A DNA stretch of 64,000 bases, taken from positions 103,540,001-103,604,000 of the forward strand of contig OX597815.1 in the NCBI GenBank assembly GCA_951406725.2, written 5' to 3'. Each line of letters starts with the position of its first letter. Position 1 is the first letter of the stretch. This stretch comes from Octopus vulgaris. Lineage: Eukaryota. The notes under the pieces were generated by a model. That model had not been told where the DNA came from and made no database searches. It saw only the letters and a program-made list of their open reading frames with translations. The translations under genes and the position numbers were made by a program. Positions 38,401 through 53,542 of the stretch are shown one piece after another.

Positions 38401-38608
38401 ATTTTACTGCAACTTTTTATTTGAATGTATTTTCTGTTTAAGTGAGAAATATTTCATCTTGCTTCAAAAAAAAAAAAAAAACGAAAGAAAGAAAAATGGT
38501 TGAAGCATTGAACGCCTTTTGGTGCGGAGACTCTTCCACTGATTTGATGACATAAATAATCATTTCTTTCTACCATTAATTGTTATACATACATGCAAAC
38601 ACACACAT

Positions 38609-38639
<31 letters not shown>

Positions 38640-38708
38640 CATATATACATACATACATACACACACATATATGTATATATACATACACACACACACACAC
38701 ACATACAT

Positions 38709-38768
<60 letters not shown>

Positions 38769-39574
38769 TAAACTTATATATGTATATATATTTCATATGT
38801 TATGATGTGCCAATATTTATTACATTCGCTGAGAACATGCCAAACTGTATTTTATAACCCGTCTGGTGTCCCAGCACAATCATCAGATATTGAACACATA
38901 TGATTGCTGTGATAGCTTGGCTAAATTGAGTCACTCTAAAGATTTTACCAATTTACACACTATTTGGGATTTATACCTCATGGATTACTCTGCTAAGAAC
39001 TTACATAAACCACCGAATAACCTATATCTCGGGATACTCCTCGAGAAAGTTGAAGACGTCGTGAAATGGATGAGATGGAAACCTTTATTTTTGATATTAC
39101 TCTATCTCCCACTTATACGGAACATTGTAATTTAAGGACACTTAAATATCCACCTACGGTTGAGACAGACTTCCTTGATTTATTTACCAATATCAGATTC
39201 CGTAAGTACCAGAAATCTGATATTAAAAACATTAGAAATTCAAGTTCGTATTTTATAAGACCAACAACCTGTATGAAGTTACTAATGATCCATATGATAA
39301 GTTGCTATATGACACCATTTCCACTAAATATTTAAAAAGTTAACATAGAGAGATACAGCGATATTAACAATGACGTTAAATTTCTCGTTAAACGTAGTAA
39401 ACTCAACAATAGATTAGAATGCTTAGCTAAAAGGGTAGTCTTTATTACTTTAAAAGACCATAAATCTAATTTTCATAATAAACCCACTTGTAGACTGTTA
39501 AATCCAGCGAGCTCTGAAATTGGGCTAGTAGCTAAAAAATAAGTACTAAGAAGCACTAATAATAAAATTGGGGA

Positions 39575-39790
39575 GAAACGTTAGCACGCTGGGCGAAAAG
39601 CGTTGCCGTATTTCGTCTGTCGTTACGTTCCAAGTTCAAATTCCGCCGAGGTCGACTTTGCCTTTCATCCTTTCGGGGTCGATAAATTAAGTACCAGTTA
39701 CGCACTGGGGTCTATGTAATCGACTTAATCCGTTTGTCTGTCTTTGTTTGTCCCCTCTGTGTTTAGCCATTTGTGGGTAGTAAAGAAATA
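39575..39790 (+). mobile_element. Young SINE family 3 copy inserted into the PLE RT region
   Basis: Perfect 15-bp TSD TAATAAAATTGGGGA (39560-39574 and 39791-39805), B-box AGTTCAAATTCC, core GCCTTTCATCCTTTCGGGGTCGATAAATTAAGTACCAG. Confidence 0.95.
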
Positions 39791-40577
39791 TAATAAAATT
39801 GGGGAAATCACAAGGCTTCAACAATGAAATAATAGTTTTACTGTAACAGACTGGTTCAAAAACAATAAGAATAAGAATAGGGCTAGGTTCGCTCAGTTTG
39901 ACATTATAGATTTCTGTCCCTCCATATCTAGATCGCTACTAGATAGAACCATCGTTTTTGCTAAATCATATGTTGATACAGACCCATATAGACCGGGACT
40001 TTATCAGGCATGCGAGGAAAATACTACTGTTTAGTATGGACTCAGCGTGTGTAAAAAGGTTGGCTAATGAGAAATTATTCGATGTATCTATGAGGTCGTA
40101 CGATAGCGCTGCGGCTGCTATCTTGTGGGTCACTTTGTATTAAACACAATGAGATCTAAGTACCTATCTCACGATGTTGGTCTACACAGAGACGACAGTT
40201 TGGGTATTTCCCATGGATGTGATTGTCGCACCCTTGATAAATTTCGGAAACAACTTACTTCTACCTTCAGTCAATTAGGCCTTAAAAACACAAGCGTTAC
40301 TAATCTGTCTAAAGTTGACTTTTAGATGTTTCCCTAGACCTTAACACCTCTCATAAACCTTAACATAAGCCTAACGAGAACTTTTCCTAAATACATAAAC
40401 AGTTTTGTCACCCTCCTGCTATATTTAAAAAACCTGATAGCTAACATTAGTAATGGAGTTTCTACCCACTCTTCCTATGAAAAAAATTCGACAAGGTATC
40501 CCCTTGCTAAAACAATGACTTAGTTAAAATTGGCTTTCAGGATAAATTAATATATAACCCCCTCTAATATTAATAGG

Positions 40578-40626
40578 AATAATAATGATGATGATGGTGA
40601 TGATGATAATAATAATAATAATGATA

Positions 40627-40693
<67 letters not shown>

Positions 40694-40728
40694 TAATAAT
40701 AATAATAATAACAATAACAATAATAATG

Positions 40729-40810
<82 letters not shown>
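40578..40810. repeat. (AAT/GAT/AAC)n expansion inside the PLE ORF
   Basis: Reads as poly-Asn/Asp in frame with the downstream KPRKIIWF. Confidence 0.9.
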
Positions 40811-40811
<1 letters not shown>

Positions 40812-41871
40812 CCTATAAATAAACCTAGGAAAATAATTTGGTTCGCCCCTCCCTTTTCCCTTAACGTAAATTAACATAGGTAAAGCATTCCTGTCTCTCC
40901 TAGATAAATATTTTCCAGAAAATCACAGGTACAGGAAAATATTTAACAGGCACTCAGTGAAATTATCATATAGCTGCTACCCCAATGGGAAGTGTATCAT
41001 TACACGAGACCAACACCAAGAGCCCATTCCCAGTTGTAACTGTCGTGACCCACGAAATTGTCCACTCGACTAGCGATGTATGATTAAATCCGTCATACAT
41101 TATGCAGAAGTTACAGCAACGCTAGATAATAACAAAATCGATAAGAACAGTTATATCGGTCTATGTGAAGGAGAATTCAAAAATCACTATGCTAATCACA
41201 AATCTTTCTTCCGACACAGGGACAAAAGTAAAGCTACTAAGCTGGTTAGCCACGTATGGGGTTTGAAATCGAACACCACACCACCTATGATAAAGTGGAA
41301 AATAGTCGAAAACTCCACACCATATATTAACAGATGAAAAGACAGTAATCTATGCGTATTTGAAAGAACTCAGATCCTTTTTCAGATCTAAGAACTCTAA
41401 CTTACTATTGAAATCTAGATCCGAAGTTTTCAGCGGTTGTACACATATGGTTAAGTTCCTCCTGAAAATTGAAAACTGCCTCCTTCATCGAATTAAATAA
41501 CTGTACCATTGGCTCTTAGCCACCATCTTTTCAACCTTATAAATTACGTTCTAAAAGAAACAACTCTTATTACCCCGTTTGCTTCTTTCTGATTTCTTTT
41601 TCGTTTTCCGGTTTCTCACCCTTTCAGGTTTTATGTATACTTCCTTCTTGCCTTTACTCTCGTCCCGTTTTTTGTTCGTTAGGCCATTCGGGCAGAGTCT
41701 TATTATTGTGCTGGGACACCAGGCGTGCTATAAAACACTATTTGGCATGTTCTCAGCACATGAAACTAATAGTAGCACATAAAAACATATTTCATGTTTA
41801 TTAAATAATATTTATTTCTCACCAATTGGAGTACTTTTTTGTTGATCTCACCATCACGGAACAGTACATTT

Positions 41872-41921
<50 letters not shown>

Positions 41922-43059
41922 TTCTAAAGACAGTTTGAGTCTCTAAATCATTAATCTCATTTTAAATTGTTTAAATTCCTTAATTTGTATGCGCTTTGCC
42001 ATTTTATGTATCATTTATTGATATATGTCTTATATTGATTCCAACCATATTTCCATATCGGTGTGTTCTTTTGGACTTTTATACACATGGTCAAATCAAA
42101 TACAACTAATTTTTTTACTCTTCCCCACCACACCAGATCCATCGATACTTAATTTTCTCAATCTAATACGTTTATTTTTTATTTTTCACTTTTTCTCGCT
42201 GTTCCCAACCTTCTACATAAAAGATATCCTTTCTGTTATGCTTATCCATGCATGCATCAAACTTTATACCTCGCTTAACAAACCTTTTTCCATCTCTCTT
42301 GCTTTTTATCCTCTGCTTTTCCTGACGCACTCTCCCTATCAGCCCCTTTTCTCCAAAGTAAATTCATATATTTAGTCATATTTGGACACTAATTTTCCTT
42401 TTTTATATTTTTTAAATTTTATTAATTATCTTTATTATTTTGAGTTTTTTTTTTTTGTTGTCGACTTGCTTCGTCTATTTTTCATACATTCTAAAGGAGT
42501 TCATACTCTGAATTATTCCCTCGTAGCATATTTAATATTTATTTTCATACACCAATGCATAGCACTTCATTTCATTCAATTTTATTTCATTAGCTCTTTA
42601 TGTTTAAATCGTTTTGTGTCAAAGGTCATTGATATAAACAAAGAGGTTCCATTAATTTTGAGGTAACTTAATACCCTCTCCTGTCAGTTTTCAATGTGTG
42701 TTTTATTATTTCCTAAGTCATCATCACTGCATTTAAGACCACTGTACTGTCCGAAAACATCATTTCTGTTTCATAATCTGTTACCCTACATGAAATTGGG
42801 AGTAACAATGTTTGAAATATTTCAGCTTCAATGGAACACTAGGTACCTACGAACGTACATACGTACATATACACATACATATACACCCACACATTACCAC
42901 ATGTACTCATACACTCACACACACACACACGTTTATACATATTTATATATGCATATATGCATGTATCTGTGACTATATATCTATACCCACACGCACATAC
43001 ACACACACACACATGCAGGGACCCAGAGTTACAGGATCAATACCACCTTGAAAATCTAG

Positions 43060-44330
43060 ACAGAATGCGAAATCCGGAAGCGAGAAATTCATTTCGCATT
43101 GATCTAATGTTACAAAGTGAAAATTAATTAGGAGGGTCTCTACATCTTCAAACCCTACATCATTTGCATTTGACGCAATATCTCCTCAAATTTGATGTAG
43201 GTTTTCTAATTGTAGAAAACTTTTGAAGCCACGGGTGCGCTCTGGTTGTATATATTTTCAAACACAATTGAAAGCCGATCGTTTAATTCCTTCTTATGAC
43301 AGTTTTATCCACAGCATCTATTATGCTCAACTTTTTCAGGATGACTATAACTGTAGGTTATAGTCATCCTTTCTAACAATTATTTTCATAAACTGCTTGA
43401 AAGTTCGAAAAGTTACATAGTCATCCATTCCTTATACGATGGTCGAATCAGCGATAAATTAAACTTTACGTAACTTTTGAAAGCCGTCGGATTTTCGAAT
43501 CGATACATGGATAGGAGCTTTAAAGCTCGTGTCGGCGGCATTTTCTCTTAAAAGAAGGATCAGACGATTTTTAGAACCATTAATTCCTTCTAAGTTTGGA
43601 AAGCATGAGTTTTCAAAAACATTCTGTCTCATCAACATTATATTCTTGCCCACATAGTATTCTCTATCCTTTTCGTTATTCTGGACAATTATTACCAGCG
43701 TGTGTTTCAGCACTAATTGTTACACCAGGCATTTTTATGTTGAACAGACTGAAGTGCTTCTTAAAACTTTCTAAGCAGCCTCTGCAAGCTACAAGATGTT
43801 TTTTATTAGAAATGCTATTCTTGTATGCAAATCGCCATAAATATTTGGACGCTATTTTAAGTTACTATCGTACTTCTCCTCGCTTTACTTCAAGTAATGA
43901 AAGAAAAATTAACATTATTTGACCTAATGTGAATTACTAGAATCCACATTATCTGATTCTAGATCCGTACGTTCAAGGTCTCTTCCTTTTAAAGCATCAC
44001 ATTAGATCTAAGAAAAATACGATATGAGCAGTCGAAGGAGTAGCTTCTTGGGCAAGCTTAATCTGTTTGTTACCATTATTGTTCTTATTGTTTACTGTAG
44101 ATGGTGCAAGTTATGTTATGGCAATGAATTTTTATGATTTTTACCCTCTTGCATCAAGCCTTTTGAAAACATAAAGTTTAATATCAACTGTGTTACGTCT
44201 ACGGTTCCATTTCGCAATATTGTAACAAGTTTCACATGACAGTTACGTTCCAAACATAGTAAGTAAATCCAGCATAGTTGTAACAGTAAGTAAATCCAGC
44301 AGCCAACAATCATTCACAATAAATATTTTG
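43060..44330 (-). mobile_element. Decayed pogo/Tigger-like transposon
   Basis: Minus strand: ACRGCLESFKKHFSLFNIKMPGVTISAE (cf. ASxGWxxxFKKR..GE..SAD), YNVDET, SKNRLILLLRENAA, YRFENPTAF, WMT. Confidence 0.7.
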
Positions 44331-45116
44331 TAGAAAATGTCACATTAAAAGAACTGTTTTGCGAGACCAAAACATTGTTTTATTCAAGTGGATGAAAGAA
44401 TATAAATGAGAAAACGTAAAAGTGGAGGAGTGACGTGAGAGGAAGTACTGACTTGAAGGGTTACCAAGTTTACAAGGACTTCGCCTTTGCACATAAGACT
44501 TCACCTATTTACATCTCTACAATTTACACTTTCCTCTTTCATTTTCTCTCCCCCCACACTCTCTCTTTATCTTCCCCTATCGCTCTTTCCCTCACACACA
44601 AAGATATGCACACACACACGTGCACATATAAACTCGCAAACAAGCATACGTTCCACTGCGTTGCAATACAACACAGGTAGACACAGACATTGCTATCATG
44701 TTAATATTATTATTGTTGTTACCAGTTAGTTATCCAACAGTTGACGAGATGATAGCGTCGGTGAATTGTTTGTGTTGGATTTGGTGTTAGCAATGGTGGC
44801 GGCACTGGTGGTGGTGCTCGTGGTGGTGGTAGTGACAGTGATCTTATTGTTAATGTGTAGTGTTACATTTTTAGTCTCAAGTCAGTCATCAATTACCCAA
44901 GATCAAAGATATTTAATTTAACTTTTAAAATACACTAGGGCACCTCATTATTTCACATGTTTGTCATATATTTTAGATGGAGTTCCATATATTGTTAATA
45001 AAATTATTACTGTTGTTGTGGGTCATTATGGAACTGATGAACAGCTGAAAGTAGTGGTCGTATTAGTTTTGGTGTTGAAGTTATACAAGGTTGAATTTTT
45101 TATGTATATATATATA

Positions 45117-45172
<56 letters not shown>

Positions 45173-45288
45173 ATGTATGTATGTACATATATATATATGC
45201 ATAGATAGATTGCTTGATGGGTAGATAGAGAGATAGATAGAGAGACAGCTAGATAGGAAGATAGATAGATAGATACATACATACATAA

Positions 45289-45384
<96 letters not shown>

Positions 45385-45928
45385 TCAGTCAGACAGACAG
45401 ATAAATGGATAAATAGATAGGTAGATAAATGAATCGATAGATAGAGATTGATTGATTGGTTGATCGATTGATTGACTTACAGACGAACAGTTGTAGAAAT
45501 TCTGAGATGGAAAGAGTGAGTAAGAAAGAGAGAGAAATTTTCTTATACACAAAAATGGCACAGAAACACACAAATAATCCCTGTAATTGTTAATAGTGAC
45601 GAATATTCAGACATTCGCACACACAAACACAAAATACAAGCAGACACACATACACACACACAATCAAATGTTATGTAATTATATTAATAATTCTTAAAAT
45701 TGTTAACTATACTTTGTCCTTAGTTCAAACACAGAGAAGCACCTTTTGGCAGCAAAGAAATTCTAGTTTCAAAACTGTTAAAATCTCTCCAGGATTTTCT
45801 TAAGGCTGATTTCGGGATACTGTCTATAACCAATCCCCAAAATAGTGGTCCTTCTTTCAAATATCCGGAAGGTGTTCATGACGCAATGGCAAATATATAT
45901 ATACATAAATATATATATTTATTTTTTT

Positions 45929-46223
45929 GACCGACCAGGCTATCAGATGTTGCTACACGTCGCTTGTCACAATGCGCTTCGCATTGTTTTAGCCTTCAAA
46001 TGACACCACCCCGCTGGCTAAGCGAGCAGGCCAACAGAAGAATGAATGAGAGAAAGTTGTAGCGAAAGAGTACAGCAGAGATTGCCACCTCCCCCTGCCG
46101 GAGCCTCGTTGAGCTTTAGGTCTTTTTTGATCAATAAAAACTCACAACGCCCGGTCTGGGAATCGAAACCGCGATCCTACGACCGCAGGTCCGCTGCCCT
46201 AACCACTGGGCCATTGCGCCTCC
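45929..46223 (-). mobile_element. Apparently full-length tRNA-derived SINE (family 1)
   Basis: Minus strand: GGAGGCGCAATGGCCCAGTGGTTAGGGCAGCGGAC..GGTTTCGATTCCC, ending ..GCCTGGTCGGTC followed by an A-run. Confidence 0.9.
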
Positions 46224-46262
<39 letters not shown>

Positions 46263-46267
46263 TATAT

Positions 46268-46393
<126 letters not shown>

Positions 46394-46398
46394 CGATC

Positions 46399-46470
<72 letters not shown>

Positions 46471-46471
46471 T

Positions 46472-46503
<32 letters not shown>

Positions 46504-46980
46504 GAATACCCACACGAAGGTAAATTCATACCGAGATATGTCTGCGTGTGCGAGTGTGTGTGCGTTACGTATGAGTGTGTATACACACACACACACACAC
46601 ACACTCACACACACACATATATATATTTATATTATATACATATTGATGCATGTAGTTATCTGTGTGTGTGTGTGTGTGTGTATTTGTGACATACATGCAT
46701 ACACATACACGCAAAATTGCATCGAAAAGAGTGAACGATCGTACACATGCACAATAGTTGCGACTACAAACATGTAGAGAACGAAGGGAAGCATCTTTAT
46801 TCTCACGAGGAGTTAATTGTCTGCTTGCCTATGAACAGACGATTGTTATTCATGTGAGTCGATTACTTTTAACAGCTGTATATATCCCTCTCTACCTCTG
46901 TAGACCTGAGTGTTTATACGTGTATTTATGCGTATTTTCAGTTTCACTGCGTATATGTATGTGCATATATATATATATAT

Positions 46981-47052
<72 letters not shown>

Positions 47053-47082
47053 GTATGTATATATATATGTATATATATATAT

Positions 47083-47116
<34 letters not shown>

Positions 47117-47225
47117 ACATATATACATATATACATATATACATAGACAGATAGATAGATAGATACACACACACGCTCAAACACACATGCATATGTGTAT
47201 ATACATATATATAAATGCGTTTATA

Positions 47226-47291
<66 letters not shown>

Positions 47292-47492
47292 CATATATAT
47301 ATATACACATACATGCACACTTATATATGCGCCTGTATATATATACATATTTGCATGTGTAGACTTTTGCGTATATATTTATAAACTGATTTCTCGTCCC
47401 AAAGTCACAATCTTCTGTAAATCGTTACCTCACCCTCCTCTCTGTCTAATCTTCTCTCTCTTTCTCTTTCTCTTTCCCAATCTCTATCTCCC

Positions 47493-47539
<47 letters not shown>

Positions 47540-47813
47540 TTCATTGTGTACAAACAGACATATATATTTACATACATATATGAATTTGTGTGTCAGTATG
47601 TGTGTGTGTGTTCGTGTGTGTGTGTTAATGCGTTTGCGTCCCTTTCACTTCATACGTTTCGATCTTTCATTTCTTTGATAACTGATTAAATATACATGTG
47701 TGAGTGTGTGTGTGTATACATACATACACACATATATATATGCTTATATATATATATGCATATATACGTACATATATTCATACGTACATACATACATATA
47801 TATATTTAAATAT

Positions 47814-47898
<85 letters not shown>

Positions 47899-48919
47899 TA
47901 TAGCCACGCATACGTATGTGAGCAATCGTCTTTGTTTTCGGTCTTGTGTTTGTTTATATGTGGCTGTGTGCCCGTTTCAATATACGTACGTATATTGGTG
48001 GATATTCCTCTACGAGACGTACACAAACACATGTAATCACTCTATCTTTTTCTATATATCTTTCTTCGCTTTGCCTCTAGTTTTTTTTTTCTGCACTTTC
48101 ACTCTTTCCCTCTCTCTCACTCATTCAATCTCCCCTCTCTCTCTCTCTCTCTCTCTCTTCTATCGCTCTCTTTTCGTCTCTCCCTTTGTCTTTTTGTCGC
48201 TCACTCCCTCAGGCATTCTGTACCTTGCCCGATCTATATGTATCAAGCTATAAAACAAAGTATCAATTTATGTCAATAAATCCTACGTACACACACACAC
48301 ACACGCACATACATACATACATACATCTATATTTACATATATATATATATATATATACATACGTATATATGTACATATATATACATACATATATATATAC
48401 ACCAGCATATATATACGTATATATACACACATATGTATGTATGTTTATACACACACACAGACACTCACACACGAAGGTATATACGCTTGCACTCAGGTAC
48501 ATACAGTATAGGTATACAAAAAGTTGCAAGTGCACGCACACAAGTTCCCTACCCCTCTCTTTCTCTCACTTTCATTCTCTCATACACACGCAAAATCATA
48601 TAATTATATACATGCACACATTTTCATATTTGATATACGTGTGTATACATGCATATGTACACACACATGTATATGCATATATACACATATATCTATACAT
48701 TCATATATATAAATGCATACCCATATATTTATGTATACAGTCATTTACATACTCATATATGTATATGCATACACACACATACATATATATTCATATATAT
48801 ATATACATATAGATAGACATTCATTTATATACGCATATATATATATATAAATATATATATATGCATATACATACACACACACACACATATATATATATGC
48901 ATATACATACACACACACA

Positions 48920-48958
<39 letters not shown>

Positions 48959-48963
<5 letters not shown>

Positions 48964-49012
48964 GTTAAATTTATCCACCAACATACGACACACATGTCCG
49001 TGTGAGCGTGTA

Positions 49013-49064
<52 letters not shown>

Positions 49065-49081
49065 TATACATACACACACAG

Positions 49082-49151
<70 letters not shown>

Positions 49152-49322
49152 GTTAAATTTATCCACAAACATACGACACACATGTCCGTGTGAGCGTGTG
49201 TAAATATATATATATATATATTTGCATATACATACACACACACACATATATATATATATATATTCACACACGCACACACGGACATGTGTATCGTATTTTT
49301 GTGGATAAATTTAACATTTATA
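48959..49322. repeat. About 55-bp unit in three copies: two direct, one inverted
   Basis: AATGTTAAATTTATCCAC(C/A)AACATACGACACACATGTCCGTGTG at about 48961 and 49149; reverse-complement copy at about 49261-49322. Confidence 0.85.
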
Positions 49323-50289
49323 TGATTTTTATACACACATATACACACGAGTGTACGTACATACCTATATGCCTGATACTCTTAAGTACATGCTTAGTTA
49401 CAGATATTTATTTAGACTTTCGTCTATGTCGATGGTCTTATTTAGTTTTCCTTTTGTGGTTGCTATTCCTGGTAATCTTGCTAACCATTGTAATGTCTGG
49501 TATTGTCATTGTTGTTGTTGTTGTCGTCGTTGTTGTTGTTGACGCTGTCGCTGTTATTGTGATTGTGATTTCTTTAGGTAGGTTATTGTAGTAATTCTTA
49601 TGTCGATGCAAGTTGTCGTTGTCATGGTGATGTTATATCACCATTTAGAATTTTGTTGTTTTTTTTTTTACTCTTTCTGTGCGTGTTTGTGTTTTTTTTT
49701 TGGTTTTTTTTTTAACATATATATGTGTATTTAAATTCCGCTCCTAACTCATTCCAGTCCTCATCGCTGTCATCACCATCAACACCACCACCACTACTAA
49801 CTACCAGCAACTCCAATAATAACAAAAAAAACCCAAAAAAACACTAACAACCAACAGCAGCAATACCTATAACAAACAATACTTATACAACTATCGGTAC
49901 CAGTATCCACCGTCAAAACTAATCCAACATCAACATAAACACGACCAATAAATATTGACAGCAACCTCGCGCTGCCACCACGGCAACGAAACGCTCACCT
50001 GCACCAATATCGACACCCATTACGGCCATGACCAACACCATCAATGACACCAATAGCAACACTACTACCACCACCAACAACTGCAACAACAATAACAATA
50101 ACAGCCCTAATGCCATCCAGCATCAAAAGTAACGTCATTAATAGCATCTAAACTCACACCAATCCCTCTGGCAGGTACCGACAGCTATAAACTATCACCA
50201 ACAGCACGAAGAGCACTAAACGTCACTTATTCTAACAACAACAGCAATATTACACCACAGACAATACCGGACACAAGCTAGAAATAGCA

Positions 50290-50480
50290 GCCAAATACCC
50301 CCCCCCTCAAATTACACCCTACTGGTTTGAACGGGGGAAAAAAGGCTTACTGGATAATTAAGTCGTAAATGCATTTCGCCTCATAAAAATAATGTGATTG
50401 TCACGGTCGAAATAACTTTGATTTAGAGTGTTGCTGAGTGAAGGTTGACTTGTGGTTGAACAATAATAGCAACAAGAATA
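50290..50480 (+). mobile_element. Old retroposon 3' end with (AAC)-like tail; related fragment at about 59860-60010 (-)
   Basis: TAGCAGCCAAAT..CAAATTACACCCT..GGTTGACTTGTGGTTGAACAATAATAGCAAC. Weak reverse-complement similarity at 59860-60010. Confidence 0.4.
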
Positions 50481-50630
50481 ACTTCAAATTTAAGTTGTTG
50501 TTGTGTTTTTTGTTTTTTTCTGTCTTTCTGTATCCGTCTGCATGTAATTTGGTTCGTGGTGATATATTAGGCTTATGTGTAAGCAACTAAATGCTTGTAT
50601 ATATGCAAATGAGTGTGGGTGCGTGTGTGT

Positions 50631-50676
<46 letters not shown>

Positions 50677-51129
50677 TTGTGTGCGTGCGTGTGTGCAAAT
50701 ATGTGTCTTCTACATATGCAAGTCCAGAAGTGAGTGTGTGTAGATGCACTTATTAGAGTGGCCAAATGAATTTTTGTATGTGTGTCCAACTGCGAAAGTG
50801 CGCTCGCGCCTGTGTGTGCGTGCGTGCATGTGCTTGCGTGTGTGCGTGTCTGTGTGCGACGTAGTGTAAGTGTTTAAGTGTGAAAGTTTGTGCAGGGATG
50901 CGTGTCGAAGTGAGTGTGTGCAGGTGTGTACAAGAATAGATGTGCACGAGAGTAAGTTTGTGTGCGTTTGTGTGCGTGCAAGTGAGTGAGTGAGTGGTGT
51001 GTAATAGTGCACATGTGTGCGTTTGTAAGTGTGTGTGTGTGGGTGGGTGAGTGTCTGTGTGTCTGCGTGCAAGTCTCTACAAAAATGATGTACAAAGCAA
51101 TATGAACAGGTTGGAGTTAGCTTGCATCT

Positions 51130-51170
<41 letters not shown>

Positions 51171-51442
51171 TGTGTGTGTGTGTGTGTGTGCAAAATATTG
51201 TGTATAGTTCTGTATGTGTAAGCGTGGTGTGCGTATGTGTGTGTGTGCAAAAGATTGTGTTTAGTTCTCTATGTGTGTGTGTGAAAGCGTGGTGTGCGTG
51301 CAAGTGCGTGTGTGAAGGAGATTGTGTATGGATGTGTAAGTAAATGTAAACTGGGTGTGTATGTGTGTCTATGTGTATGTGCGCGGGTGTGTGTGAGAAT
51401 GTCAGTGTGTGTGTGTGTATGTGTGTGTGCGTCTGTGTGTGT

Positions 51443-51527
<85 letters not shown>

Positions 51528-52272
51528 CGTGTGTGCAAGTAAGTAAGTTTGGGTAGAAACCGTGCAAGGGTTTCTTAGCGAGTCTAAACTATTTAATAAC
51601 TTCCGATCTGGCTATTTGTCCGCCACATGACAGCAGCATCAACAGCTTAAGTACCACCTACAGGACACGAGAGACCCCACTAGCAATACTTTGGGTACCA
51701 CCTACATCAGTAGCATCACCAGTAACACCCCACGTTCCACCCACATCAGATCACCGGCGCCGCTGCTGTACACCACATACATAAAGCAATCATAACCACT
51801 AATTAGCATCACTTCCACCATTATCACGACAGTGACCAACACCACTACCACCGTTCCATCCATGTCCTATCCCAACGACTCATACCATACCCCGCCGGCC
51901 ACACTACCATTGCCCATAATCCACCATCGCGTCACCACCATCACCCATACGTGCATCACCGTCATCTAAAATATCCATACTCCGGTCGTTACCACCGTCA
52001 TCATCACCACCGCAACTATTACAGACACCCCTATTACTATAATCGCCACAAGCCCATCACCACCACCACCACCACCACCGCCACCACCGCTATCACCGCC
52101 ACCGCTACCACAACCACCACTGCTACTACCACCGCCGTACCACCATCACCAACAGCCTACTAATTTACGCACCCTTATACCATATCCCCAGCACTGCTAT
52201 CACTATTATTACTAACATTAATAATAATAATAAAGCTTTCGTTAACACCACCACTTTTACAATCTGTATTAA

Positions 52273-52308
<36 letters not shown>

Positions 52309-52478
52309 TGTCATCACCACCACCATTGAAAACGTTAGCAACCACTGGTACCACTACTACCACCACCTACACCACTACCATAATCACTTCGTTACTGCTA
52401 ACTCATCGTGGCCGCCAAACACGTCTTCAGTCTATCTATCTCACACACACATACATCAGCAAAGACGTGTGTACACAC

Positions 52479-52514
<36 letters not shown>

Positions 52515-52693
52515 CAACCCACGCAACACACGCATGCACATACACGCAACACAAGCACACACGCACACTCGCGCACACGTACACACGCCAGCATACGCAC
52601 GCTTATTTACATATAGACAGAGTGCGGCTCATGCACGCTTGCGCTCACTGACACAGCACATGTGCGCGCACACATACAAGCGTACACACGGAT

Positions 52694-52773
<80 letters not shown>

Positions 52774-53542
52774 AAAGAGAAGGACACGAACCCATGCACA
52801 TTTGCGCTCAATGAGACACGCGCGCATTCGCGCACACTTGCGCACACACAGACACACACACACACACACCATACGCACACATCTACAGGCAATTCGCTAG
52901 CCCCACCATCATTAAGATCACGCCGCAAGCAGCGTCCTCCCTCCTTCCCCGGCAGCAGCCTCATCGCTAACACCGCCGACAAAGACCATCACAACCTCCA
53001 CCGACATAAACAACATCTAACTACTAATACATCCATTCCTCCCCACCACTACCACCACCACAACCACAACCACAACCATCGCTACAACCACCATTACTAG
53101 CACCTCCTCCACAACCATTTTCATACCCTACTCACCACTACCGTACCCATACTTACGATAACCACCACCACCACCAACACCAACTTCGGTACTATATCTT
53201 TCCCGCTGTTACCACAGACCTTATGTCTACCACTACCACCACCACCACCACCACCACTACCACAACCACCACAACAGCAACAACATTATAATCCCCAATA
53301 TCTCTACTGTAGTCGCCGCCGTCACCACCTCTACCGAGATAAGCCTACTCTCCATCCACCCACACTACCAATACCACTAGTAACACCACTATAACAAACA
53401 CCATTACCACTACCACCAGAACACCTTCACCATCACCACCACCACCATCATAGTCATCACTCCGTTGTTCATTTCCTATCAAATCCCATCACATCCGGGT
53501 ATTTGTTGTGTTTCAGTTGTTATTGTTTTTTGTCAAACGAAA

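Larger units (their letters stand above)
38793..41870 (+). mobile_element. Near-complete decayed Penelope-like element, Naiad-type (RT plus C-terminal GIY-YIG), with inverted 5' terminal repeat
   Basis: MDYSAKN..LLEKVEDVVKWMRWK; TLKDHKSNF..TCRLLNPASSEIG; QFDIIDFCPSI; FDVSMRSYD; GLHRDDSLG; DFLDVSLDL; HPP; RKIIWFAPPF; SYSC; CNC....CPL...C; YIGLCEGEFK..YANH; W..K..IKW; NLC..E; C.H. Segment 38793-38880 is the reverse complement of 41705-41790. Confidence 0.9.

Noticed and set aside
39826-41340. In-frame TGA codons in the Naiad-type ORF as possible selenocysteine
   Set aside because: They fall at a Trp position (QQ*) and a non-Cys position (NR*K) in a copy full of other stops and frameshifts. No SECIS was evident.
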